A stretch of DNA of 57,879 nt, counting the filler, from Sluysia triapertura (taxonomy: Eukaryota), in the NCBI GenBank assembly GCA_046118255.1. It is 4 parts of 4 records of this genome, joined end to end, with 100 filler letters (N's around TTAATTAATTAA, not from the genome) between each part and the next. Parts side by side here need not be neighbours in the genome. Positions count along the whole stretch, not along the records: positions 1 to 14,594 come from JBJNIA010254191.1; positions 14,695 to 28,555 come from JBJNIA010016414.1; 2 more parts are not named here. One strand, written 5' to 3'. Both the position numbers and the translations under genes were made by a program. Shown in pieces: positions 13,212 through 25,929 of this stretch. The first letter of the stretch is position 1, and the number at the start of each line of letters is the position of its first letter. The notes beneath the pieces were generated by a model, which worked only from the letters and a program-made list of their open reading frames with translations, ran no database searches and was not told where the DNA came from.

Positions 13212-13424
13212 ATAAATGTTTGGAATATGTAAATATATTTTAAAATGTAATCTTTTTGTGTGATTACTTAATAAGATGTAATCAGGTGCAAGCCTTATTA
13301 TGTAAGTTAATGTATAATGTTATTTGATGTAATTAAAGCCTGTTACGCAATGTCGAATATTTGGGTAAAAAAACTGCTTAATTGAATGGCTTTTATTTTA
13401 CCTTTTAGTTGTCATTGTGACTTA

Positions 13425-13430
13425 AATAAA
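13425..13430 (+). promoter_or_regulatory. Candidate polyadenylation signal of SET
   Basis: AATAAA about 215 nt after the stop codon, followed by T/GT-rich sequence. Weak, because the genome is AT-rich. Confidence 0.3.
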
Positions 13431-14594
13431 TTGTTCTATTTTTATTTTGCAAAAACGTTTTTCTTTGCGATTCTGAGGTGAATGCTTTACATATTTTTAT
13501 ATCATTCAGGTTATATACTAAAATCATTTGAGTTTCGGTTTTAAAGCTGAGAAGATTGTTTAGTATTAATTTTTTATCCTGACTGATTTCTGAAGCATTT
13601 TATTGACTTTGTCTTTTAATTTATTGTAATCTTATTTTATTAAAATTTATTTGATACAGTAGGAAGTACTAAATCACTTAATTTTCAAAGATTTTCATTA
13701 ATCTAGATCACCAAATCCACCGCCGCTTCACAATTACATCATTTTGTTTCTGAATTACTTATTTGGATTAAATTCAATTTGTACTTCAGAAATGATTCTT
13801 TATTTTTTCAATTAAATTAACGATTTCAGTTTTCTGTGCTAAACTACATTGAACTGACCTAAAATTTAATCTTTATACATTTAGTACATTTTTATAGTGT
13901 AATATTCATTTTTGATTAAAAATAGCAGTACATATACTTATGTCATCAAGGCGTGATAAAAAGATATCAGTGTCGTAGTTTTGTGACATGAAAATTAAAT
14001 ATTGTACAGCGTACATGTAAATTTGCAGTATGATGGTAACCACTTTGATAAAAATTAGTGAATAAGAATATCCTGCGTATTAGTTTTTTGGTGTAAGTCA
14101 TTAGTAACGATTATGTTACTACGTTTTTTAACTTACGTGCAAAAAATTGAATTGACTAAACGAGATGGTTCGCCTACTTGTAGGAAATCGAAATCTTAAT
14201 TATGTTGGGTTTTTGCAATGGTTCGTTTATGCGCTTATATAAAATTATACAAAGATTATAAATAAATAATTTGAAGCTAAGCTTAACTTAGCTGACAAAT
14301 ACAGTTATATTTAGGAATAGAAGAATAGATGGAATTGTTTACCAACGAAAGATTAATAAATATATAATTTCAAAAGAACTAAAAGTTTCAAAAGAACTAC
14401 CGACTAAAAGTTTGTTGCAGTACAATATTTAAAAAAATATAAAACTATCAGGCATAATGACATTATTTTGATTATTTTAATAACTGTCGAACCCATATTT
14501 TACGTCATTTTAAAAAAATAATAATTTGATTGAGAATTTAGAAAGAAGAATGACACTAGAGACCGATGAAAGAAATCAGAACGACGATAGCATT

Positions 14595-14694
14595 NNNNNN
14601 NNNNNNNNNNNNNNNNNNNNNNNNNNNNNNNNNNNNNNTTAATTAATTAANNNNNNNNNNNNNNNNNNNNNNNNNNNNNNNNNNNNNNNNNNNN
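14595..14694. other. Assembly gap with artificial TTAATTAATTAA spacer
   Basis: 44 N + TTAATTAATTAA + 44 N. Confidence 0.98.
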
Positions 14695-17600
14695 CAAAAT
14701 TTACATAATAATCTTATCGGAATAGATTTCTCTCATCTGATAAAAGATTATAAATATGACACTTTTTAATGTCTTAAAGTCTATTTTAATACTCATTTTC
14801 GTCATTTTGTTATTTTATTAAATTAAATTCATGTATGTAAAAATAAACACGAGATTTGCATTTTGTTTTATTTTAAACAAACAACCAGCAAAACAGTTTC
14901 TTTTTTCCTTTTTCCTAATCATTTTTATTATCATTAATAAACTTAAATTTTTTACATACCAGTATATACTGTTGATTTAGTTATGAGCATATTTCACAAA
15001 ATTTACACAAACCTCCAGTTACTTTGTCATTGTTTAATTATTCCTTTTGATGTTTTGCATCAGAAGACAGAACAGAAAAAGCAAAAGAAAATCACATTTG
15101 AAAATATAAAAATAAATCTTTTTATCAATTTTATATTTGTAATAATAATAATATAATAATAATATAATAATAATTTGTCTAATGTTAAAAATTTTGATGG
15201 TAACGATAATAAAATTGAAATAATAAATACAATAAGGTATTATATATTTTGGAAAGATCACCGATATTGTAGAGTGACATATTAAGGTTGATGTTACTAT
15301 TTCGAATAAATTTAATTGAGCATGTAAGAAACTAGTTTACATAGTATCTCTGGCATGAACATTAATGTTTTTGTCAGTGTGCCTAGAGTAATAATTGATA
15401 ACTTTATGATGAATAATTAATTGAAAATTATATGACAACTTAGAAAGAAATTGTACTTATTACTTCTTTTTCGTCTTTATTTAGATAAGTTATGACAAAA
15501 TATTTTGTAAAATCTAATGGTTTACATTTGAGTCATTTTTGAAATGTATCAGTGTCATTTTGAAATTAAATTCAATGTTGAAAGGCGCAAGTGTTTATTT
15601 TCATCTTGAAATGGGAGATGAATTACCAAAAATATATAACAAATGTGATATGAAATCAATAAATTCATGTTAAACAAATTAAGTGCATGAAAATTAATTA
15701 GATAAAACGAATAAAATCTAAAATTTTATAAAGTTTAACAATAATTTAATGAGAAATTTCAATAGCACATAAACAATAAATGTAATACTTGAAACAACTA
15801 GTAAACAATGAGCTTAAAAATTGACAATAACCTAATTCATTTCCATAAGTAATAGGATCAACTAATTTATATAATAAAATCGGGTTATTACCATCTTGTC
15901 AATATAGTGTGTTAATTTCATTAAATTTCTACCAATAGAATTGAAATGCTTTATTGTACAATTTGTTATGTTCAGTTACTTTGATAAGATCATTTAAGAT
16001 TTTAACTAAATAATTAAACAGAATAGAGTCGGTTAATGTACAAATCCAAATTTCAAAAATCAAGACTTAGTAAAAGAATAATAAACTAAGCTTTTACATT
16101 ATCATCCAACGAATTAAGTTTTATAAAATAAAATGAAATAATGATTTTGAAGAAGTATATTAAAGTTGGTATCGAAGTATTCAAACGATGTTTAAGATGA
16201 TATTGTGAACTGATATTTTTATGACGAATTCAAAGCGGAGCAAGATAAGTTGTAAAAATTGTGATGCCACTACTTTGTATTAAATGTTTTTGAATAATTT
16301 AGAATTTTGTTAAAAATAAAATAGACAACACCACAAAAACCATCACCACCACCACCACAACCACTATAAAATAATAATAATTATTATTAGTAATAGTAAT
16401 AAATATAAACTTAAAAATATCAGAAATTATAATACTAATATATGATTATTACAGTTCTAAATATGAAAACTTTCTTTCTAATACTTTAATTTATGTGATT
16501 GTCAAAATTTGACAATTTTCATGCATTATGGATGTGCATATCAATTTTAATTTTTATAAATATAATATTGTTTTAACGTTTATTTTTATTTTTCTTATTA
16601 AGTATTTATTTTTCATGTGATATAAATGCAATTTAAATTCAAATTACAAATATTTGTAAAAAGAAGCTCTAATTTCGAATAATCAATTAAAGTAATAACA
16701 ATTTTAAATAAAATTCTAATATATACCTGTTCTAGTATTGGTAATATCATGCTTTGTTACAAATGTATATCAAATGGTACAATTAACACAACCATCTTTT
16801 CGACAATAATCAAGTTATAACTAATCTCTATGATAGATTTTTGTAGAAATTAAAAATTAACCGTCGTATTTTAAAATTAAATGTTTATAATATTAAAAAT
16901 AGATTTTACGTGAAACTGTTAAAAGTTTCAAAGTTTTTTACTAAAAGTATTTTACGTATATTTTGCGAGGATAATGTTTTAATATCGAATCTTAAAAGAA
17001 TTTTTTAAAAGCCAAGATTGATTAATTTTAAATTTGCGTTTAGAGCCAAAGTTGATCCGAAGTATTACATTAGATATGTTCAAAAATTATAAAAAATTGC
17101 AAAATCTGTATAAATTTTTGTGTTTATATGTTGTGTGTTAATGTAAGAATTTGCGGCTTTTACAGTTATTTTAGGTCGACCTTGGCTTTTAGACAAATAT
17201 TAAAAATATTAAATTTAAACAAATAAAAATACTTAAATTAAATATTAAATAACACTTACATTTAAAAATTAAATTAATTCCAAAATTAAACAGTTAAGTT
17301 CAGAAAATTAATATTAATAATACTAAAATAAGAATCAATAATAATAATTGTAATGTATATAAATTATATGTTATAAATATAATAAATATAATAAATAATA
17401 TGTTAATCATTCTGTTGTACTTTGTTACATTATATTTATGCCATTTTAATGTTACATGATTTTTATTGTTTTCGTATGTATATAATTGATTTAATTTATT
17501 TATTACTTATTTAATAATTACTGAATGATGTCTGGTTGGCAATTATGCCTTATTTATAATGCCAATAGATTTGTCATATTTATTAGTCTCAGTTAAAAAT

Positions 17601-17829
17601 AAAAATTCTCAAAAAAGTATTAAAAAGTGTTAAATATAACAATGTTAGATTAATTATTTAGTTTAAAATAGATTGTAAATATATTCTTATAATTTAATGT
17701 AAGAAATTATAGACGCTTATTTGATTTCATATTATTTGCTAATTATGTGATATTTAAACTTGCTTTATTAAATATGAAAGCTTTATTGACTTTAGTAATC
17801 ATTTATATTACCAAATTACAAATATATTT

Positions 17830-17858
17830 TATTATGATTATGATTATTATTATTATTA

Positions 17859-17925
<67 letters not shown>
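17830..17925. repeat. (TTA)n microsatellite
   Basis: Seen directly. It produces the spurious poly-Ile ORF 17747-17998. Confidence 0.95.
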
Positions 17926-17926
<1 letters not shown>

Positions 17927-18223
17927 AGTACTTTTTTAATTGATAAAATCGTTTTTTACATAATTACAAACATAAAGCTATTTAATTATCAAAATTAAGT
18001 ATATATATTAAATATCAATAGATAACATATTATTAAAAGAATTTTATCAATTACCAAGTATGATTGTGAGGCATAAATATTCTAAATATAGATGAATATT
18101 ACTTCTGCTTAGTTTTACTTATGCAACAACTTGCATATAAAGGCTTGATGTACTTTAAAGTCTAAATATTTTAATATCTTTTAGATTAATAATTTATTTT
18201 AAATATAATTCTTATTTGTGATG

Positions 18224-18260
<37 letters not shown>

Positions 18261-19576
18261 ATAATTCAAAAATTATATTTTGTTTTATAAATAAGAAATA
18301 CCACTACTATTTTATTAAAGAAAATATACCAATGTCAAACGCTACAACATGTGCATACAAACATAATTATCATTTACGCTATAATTTTGATTTTCAGACA
18401 TTTTATGTTAGAACTTTTTAATAATTAAAAGGTTACTTTATATTCAAAATAAGTAAAAGTAAGTAAAACAAATATTTTATTTTGCAGTTTCTGCTTAAAA
18501 CTGATATTGAAAAATATTTTTATATTTCATTTTAAATAAGGTGATTAAAATTTTGAAAAAATAAATCATTATAGTTTATCTATTTTTAACAATACTGTTT
18601 TAATTATTTATTACATTATTATAAATATTTGTACAACATTTAAAATAACTTTTTTTTATTACCTTTCAACATTTTTAAAACACTTATCTGTTAAAGTTAT
18701 ATCGAAATATTTTAATTTTTTTGTATTTAAAATTATTTTAATGAAATTAAGTAGTTAAGACAGTTAATATTGTTAAGAAGTTTTGCGTCGAGCGAAATAA
18801 ACGATAATTTGAAAACCAGAATTTATGAAGTGAGTACTTTTGTAGTGCAACGAAGGAAAATTACACTTTTAATATTGTTCAATTTCTAGAGTAACATAAA
18901 CATCAGACAATGCTTCTTCATCAATTTTCAATTATTCAAAATGTATGACTTCTAAAATATCGAATAATTTCAGTTATTTGATCAAGAGAAAATACATTTT
19001 ATTTGATAAATATAAAAGACAAATACAGTTCATAATTTTCCATTTCTGAAGGTTTTCCAGATCTAGATTTATATCGTAAGTCGTAATTTGTATTGGATAC
19101 GTTTTTAAAATTTTATTAAAATTTTCAGTGGTTTTAGAATCAACGTTATACTCGAAATGAAGTTACTTTTGAAATGTAAATCTACTTTGATAAATTTGAA
19201 ATATCCATTTTTAACTGCGCATTTAGCCACATTTTGTTAGTATTTCGTTAAATTTATCAAAACAGTCTTCTTTATGTTATTTTAAATGAAGTGTATTTAT
19301 TATGATTTCTTTTATTACAACTTCCACTACTTTATCAGTAAATGTTTAATACTTTTATTGAATTATATACATATTAACGTATTATTTACAATATTAATAT
19401 ATTAATTTAATTTTAATATAAAAATATTAATTTAAATTAAAATAAAAACCATTGATTAACAATTTTATTTTGAAATTTAGCAACAAATTCAGTTAAATGG
19501 TGCTATATTTATTTGCACAGTTTATAAAACTTGAATTATAATTTTACAATTAAAACTGAAACAAATATTTACAAAC

Positions 19577-19756
19577 CTCGCCGTATTGTGAAAAATATTT
19601 TTCCAATTCTTGTTTAGTGGTATTCGTTGATATTCCACCAATGAAAACTTTTTTCGTTTTAGTTGTTAAAGCCATTGTGCTAACATTGATTGTGCTAACT
19701 TTTCCATTTGGTGAGTAACCATTTATACTCAAATGTTCTCCGAGAACATCACCATT
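19577..19756 (-). CDS. msi: Internal exon of a Musashi-like (hnRNP A/B/D family) RNA-binding protein, start of RRM2
   Basis: TTTTACAG| acceptor, 180-nt phase 0-0 exon ending ...LTTKTKKVFIGGISTNTTKQELEKYFSQYGE|GTTTGT. Compare Musashi [31 protein letters not shown], which from memory has an intron at the same position. Other exons were not located. Confidence 0.75.
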
Positions 19757-20178
19757 CTGTAAAATCATTGATTGATAAAAAATATAGAACTATAAAATAT
19801 TTTTATCTATAAACTTCATAATTCAGAAACATTCTTTGTAGTTTGAATAATTAAATTAATTTTTTAACTAATTATCATTCTATAACAGTGATTGTCATGT
19901 TTAATAAGCTAGTTTAATTAATGTGTTATGATTTTTATTATTTTCAATGTTGCCATTGGTTTTGTTTAACCAAGTATGTTTATAGACACACTAGATAAAC
20001 AAAAAATGCATTGTTCAATTAGTACCAAAAGAATTTCAAAATAAAACTAAATATATAAATATATAAAAATATTTTATTTTTGATAAGTTTTATTATATCT
20101 AATTTAGTTATATCTACTTATACTATGTGTATCAGCATTTGAAACTGTTTAAGGAAAAATTGAATTGATTTTAAGTAA

Positions 20179-20213
<35 letters not shown>

Positions 20214-23200
20214 CATTGTTGCTGTTAAATATAAAAGTGTTAATAGATCTTTAAGTGTTTCTGAAAACCAATTAAGACTTGTACGATCTGTTTGATGTGT
20301 TTTATGCTGTATTCAGTTATTATTTACAATTCACAGTTATAAATTATTATACAATTAATATATTCTTAACAACATTATCTATATTAATTTGATTTTACAT
20401 AGCTTATGCGAGACCTTTTAACATGATTAATAATAATAATAATAATGAAAATAATAATAATAATATAATTTAGTTATAAACTAAAAAATGAAACAGAAAA
20501 TTAAATTTCAAATATTTCAATAAGCAGCAAACAGACGCTTTAAAAAGCAACTTAGCATAGGAAAATAAGAAAACAAGAAAATAAACAAACACATTCGAAA
20601 GTAAGTTTGATATAAATAAATAAATTAATTTGTCAAAATTATAGAACGAAATTTACCAAATAATTACGTCAATAAATAGAGTATGATGATAATTGAAGTT
20701 AATAATAATGACAATAATTAATAATAATGAAATTAACTCTAGAAAAAATATTATAAAATGAAAATAAAAATTAATTAATTTATATTAATAATTGTATTAA
20801 TAATTGTATTAGTTGGTTTCGAAATTGGTGCAAACTAATTTGGAATTGTCGACTATTACTTAACACTGGCTTTTATTTTAGATATGATCATAGTCTATAT
20901 TGATAATAAAGATGATCAAATTAAGTACAGTGTGTAACATTGCATTAATTAACAGATAACGTATTTTATGGTAAAAATAACGTCAATATCTCAAAATATT
21001 AAAAACTTGAAGTTCATATTTTGTGTCGTTTTCTCTACTTCTGTTTTTATATCCGATAGTTGTATTTGTTATTTAGATTTTCTTTATTTAATATTTTAAA
21101 TATTAAATATTATAACAATATAATATTATAATCTAATAAATATTATAATATAATCACTTCAGAATCTAAAATAAACTTTATTTTTTGTCGATATTCAATG
21201 ATTAAACATTTATAACGTGATCTATATTTTCCGAAGATACTTTTAATAATTAACAAAGATCTAAAATTTTAATAGATAAAATTAGTGAATTTTACGATAT
21301 TAAATAATGATACAGTTTTAAAAAGAGATTGCTGTTTCGATAATTTTGTAATTAGTAAATCATAAGTATAATAAATATTAAATAATAATAAAACTATTTA
21401 ACATTAACGTTATTTTGATGATAAACTTTAAATTAGATTTTGCATCAATTAGTAATACAAAAATTAAAACATTTTACAGTAGTATTGTATTTATATTACT
21501 TCAATATATTAATAATATTTCAAAATGTATATATAATTATTTCGTTTTAAATTTAAATATGAATATTATACATAAAACTGTCACTATATAATAAATGATT
21601 TCGTTCTCAAATAATTCTACAGTAAAAGTAAAAGAAATATTTAACAAATTTAGCTTTATTTTGTTACTTTAAATGTTTTGTAAATGATAATAATACAGAG
21701 CGGTAATTATTACATTATATATTTCAAATATAGTTTTAATTTATAACAATGCATTTATATGAACTATTATAATGGTAAATTGGAAAACAATTATCATAAT
21801 ATGTAATAATTAGGCAATGTTTATTTAACAAAATTCTAAATTCAATCTTACCAAATACACTATAATTATAATAAATTATCAAATTACACAACAAAGATTT
21901 TATTTAAATCCTCTATAATATTTTGTAGGATATTGTGAATAATTTTTCTTTTTTTTACTTTGTTTCTTATTATGTATTTTGATACAAAATATAGATAAAA
22001 TCAATGAACTAATAAAGTAATATTTTAAAATTTAATATATATGAAATTTATTGTAAATTTGTTTATATAAATTTATTTATTTTATGCACAATAATTACAC
22101 AATGTTTATATAAGTATTAAGTAACTGTATTTTTGATAGATCAGTCAACATAATTTAATCCTAACTGAAAAATAAATTAAAGATATATACATCTAGATTT
22201 ATGTTAGATTTACATACAAATTATTATTATTTATTTCAACATTTGCTATTAATTTAATGTAAATACATATTTGGTGATTATTAATAAATTTAATAAAATG
22301 ATTCACTTAGACAAACCAGAAGAGGTAGTTTCAAATAGACGTAGAAATATTCATTCCAATTTATTATAAGAAGTGGCAAAGATATTTTCATCTTCGTAAC
22401 TCTAGTGGAAGAGGATGTTTGTAGGATTAAAGTTTTATAATGATTGAGTTCGTTATGAATGGTACTCATTAATCATCAATGGAATTAAAATAACTTTACA
22501 ATGCAAATAAAGTAGAATGAGAAAATCCAATAGTTTATTGATTGTATTAAAGATATGGAAAATTTTATAGCAAACATTTGAAGAGTTTATAATTGAAGAG
22601 TTAGTTAATAATTATAATAATCATGTAAATAATAAAATTATTTTAATTTTAATTTAATATAATATTATTAAAATGATATTTAATATTTCAAACGATGCAT
22701 CAAAACCTATATTACCAAAATAGTTCCAATCATTGATAAATTTCTTATTCATATTTGACCATTAAATAAAGCATGGATTTTTACAAAGCTGTAATGTCTT
22801 TTATGAAATGTAATTGTGTTTTAATTATTAATCAACATTCCATAATAAACAAAGAAATATTTTCATATTTTATGAGTTCTGTTACTTTCTTTCAACATTT
22901 AAATTTAGTTTGATATTGATATTTATTAAATTATTGTTCACAAAATAATTATTTTGTGCTAAAAGTAATTAATAATTGCGTGATATGATTTTATTTGTAT
23001 AGACTAATTATAGTCAGTTTGACTTTGGTCAAATTAAAACCTTACAAATATTATATTAATAAAATTAATAATGCATGTTAAGTTAATATGTAATTTTGAT
23101 AAAAAATATTTATAAAGTTAATTTTGGTTGGAAGTAACCGAAACTTGAAAGTTTTTTTTTAATTACGCAGTGTAATTAATTAATACGAAGAATAATAAAC

Positions 23201-25514
23201 ACGTTTTAATTGTTTAGATAAATGTAAATGATAAATATTTATATTGATTTGAATAAAGTGGATTTATAAAATTAATATATGTTTATTATATAAAAAGAAA
23301 TCAGAATGGATTCAATTACAAATTTTCTTACTATGCCGAATAGAACTCACTTAACTTCTAAAATTTTATGATGGAAAAAAATAATCTTTTACCATTGAAA
23401 ATCCAATGGAAAATATTATTTAAGAAAGCCAAAACAATTTTGGTATATAATGTTGGACATTGATACATTGATATATTGATTTGACGATTGATTGGACATT
23501 GATACATTAATATAATTTAACATTACACATATGTTGATATAATTTGAATTATTATTGATTATTTAATACAATTATTATTTATTCGAAACAATTAAGATTA
23601 AAATTATTTGGAATAATTATTACAATTTATAATTATTTTATTTTTAAATTATGTTATTTTTTTAATTTTTAATATTAATTAATTTTTTATAATATTAACG
23701 TGATTATTGTAAAAAAATATCCTATTTTAATAAAAACATTAAAAAAATATTTTAATAATAGTTTATTTTAATCTGATCTTTCAAGATCGGATTAAAGCAC
23801 TATAAAAATAAGCTAATATTTACAATTCACACACAATAACTTGTTTATACAATTGTTTGAATTGAAAAATTTTTAATTGCTCGTTGAAGAAGTTGTTAAT
23901 TTTTCGAGAAATCAATTATTTAAATTCAATAGTCACGTTAGCTTAGTTATTTTTAAGAATATTTATTGAAATGCATCAAAAAGTGAAATCTATCAAAGAA
24001 CAAATGAAGTATTGAATTCAAGAGTTATTTTAATTATGTTTTATTATTTTACTGTATCAAGATTTTACTAAAAATTTCCCTACTCAGGATTTATGGCCAA
24101 TCACTATTCAATTTCCATCATATTATTTTTTAATCCATTACGTTATAAATTATCGTTTTTTGGTAATATATTTTTATTAATTCTAATTATACATTTTATT
24201 TACATCCGACTATTAGTTAGTATTTCTTTTTATGTCAGTTTGTAGTGGTTTTTTCATTTCATGATTTGTTGTTGAAGTTAATTAAATGTTAAACATTACT
24301 GTCGTCTTTTGTCCAAGTTTTATGACTTTATTTACATGTGAATTTTGTTAAATATTTATTTAAAAGTGTAAGAATTATCACACCTTTACTACCACTTCCA
24401 TTTTTGTTATTTTGTTTTATCTAATATAAACCCATATCCTAAGTCCTACTGAAAATTCAAATATTGCTTCTAATACATTTTTCTGTATATATAGAATTGC
24501 AAAAGATATTTCTCCTAGAAATAAGAATAATTACATTCAAAATGAAAGGACTTCGAAGATAATGATTATTATATCAATAGAATTAACTGTTTAAATAATT
24601 GAAAATTTCGTATTTTTGAACAAATATTTTCAATCTAATATCAGTGATTATGAACGTAATAACAAATGAAAGGTATAATTTCTTGTGCTAATAAGTAGAG
24701 GACAACGAAGCTTCCATATATGATTATTTGTTGATGTGAGACAATGAAAGATTTCCCAGATTAATGATATCTAAGATTCCAGCTACTAATGACACATGTT
24801 AATTTATTGGAGGCTTGGATCTCGAAGATACTAATAAAAACTGCAACAGATGCAAAAGAAAGTAATGTAGTATTATTGTTATAGGTGGTTATTTCGGTTT
24901 TCGAGCAAGACGATTTGGAAACGTTTGACATCATTGATTCGTTTTAAGGGGATCAAAGTCCCGGAAAAGTTTTTGGTCAATGGTGTAAATTTTTCTATTT
25001 TTTCTGATTATTCTTTTCATTAAAGGCTTGAAAAGTATGAAGTAAAGTTTAATAAAATTTAATATTAAAATAAAATAAAACTTAACTTAATATTGTCAAT
25101 TTATGCTTTAAGTTAGTTCTCATCCTTTTGATTTTAATTTGAAATTTTAAAACTAAAACATGTTTGAAGATGCTATAAACATTTATAAAAACCTTTCGGT
25201 TTTAATTTAAAACAATTCAATAATATTTTGTCAGACAGTAAAGTTTATATTTTAAATTATATTTTAAATTAAAATTAAATAAATGAGAGAAAATTTTATA
25301 AATATTTTTAACGTTCTTATTTATCGAATAAAAATTCATTAAATTTCCTCAATAAATTTAAAAATATTTCTACTTTTAATTTTATTAATTATTAAAATCA
25401 GAATTAAGAAAATATAATAATACAAAATTCAAAATAATAATAATTATTATATATAATTTAAAAAGAATTTATTTACTGATAATATTAAATAAATAATTTA
25501 CGAATTTTATTTAG

Positions 25515-25893
25515 AATACTAATATGGATAAAACTGATTTATCCGAAATAAATATGCGTCGAGTATCAGATATGATAAACCAAATGCCGATTGGATTAAG
25601 AAAAGATTTAAATGATGCTTTTAAACATATTTATCAAAGTGTGCACGAAATAGTCGGTAAGCAAGAAGAAGAAAGTAGATTACGAGAAATTGATATGAAA
25701 CAACGACAAGAATGTATTAATCAGTTGGCTAAATTGCTTAAATCAATAAATAGTGTTATGGTAAACTGGAAAATTAATTTAGATGATATTGAAGATACTG
25801 AAGAATGCCTAAATGACTTGGAGGTAAAATATTATTATTATTATTGCTATTTATTATTACTATTTATTATTTTTATTACTATTTATTATTACC

Positions 25894-25929
<36 letters not shown>

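Noticed and set aside
14595-14694. Identical TTAATTAATTAA palindrome centred in each N run (also 28556 and 44469)
   Set aside because: Artificial scaffold linker with stops in all six frames; not biology.
17747-17998. Poly-Ile/Leu hydrophobic ORFs (also 43663-43851, 15034-15261 and the tails of 25524 and 49710)
   Set aside because: Translations of (TTA)n microsatellites or read-through into introns.
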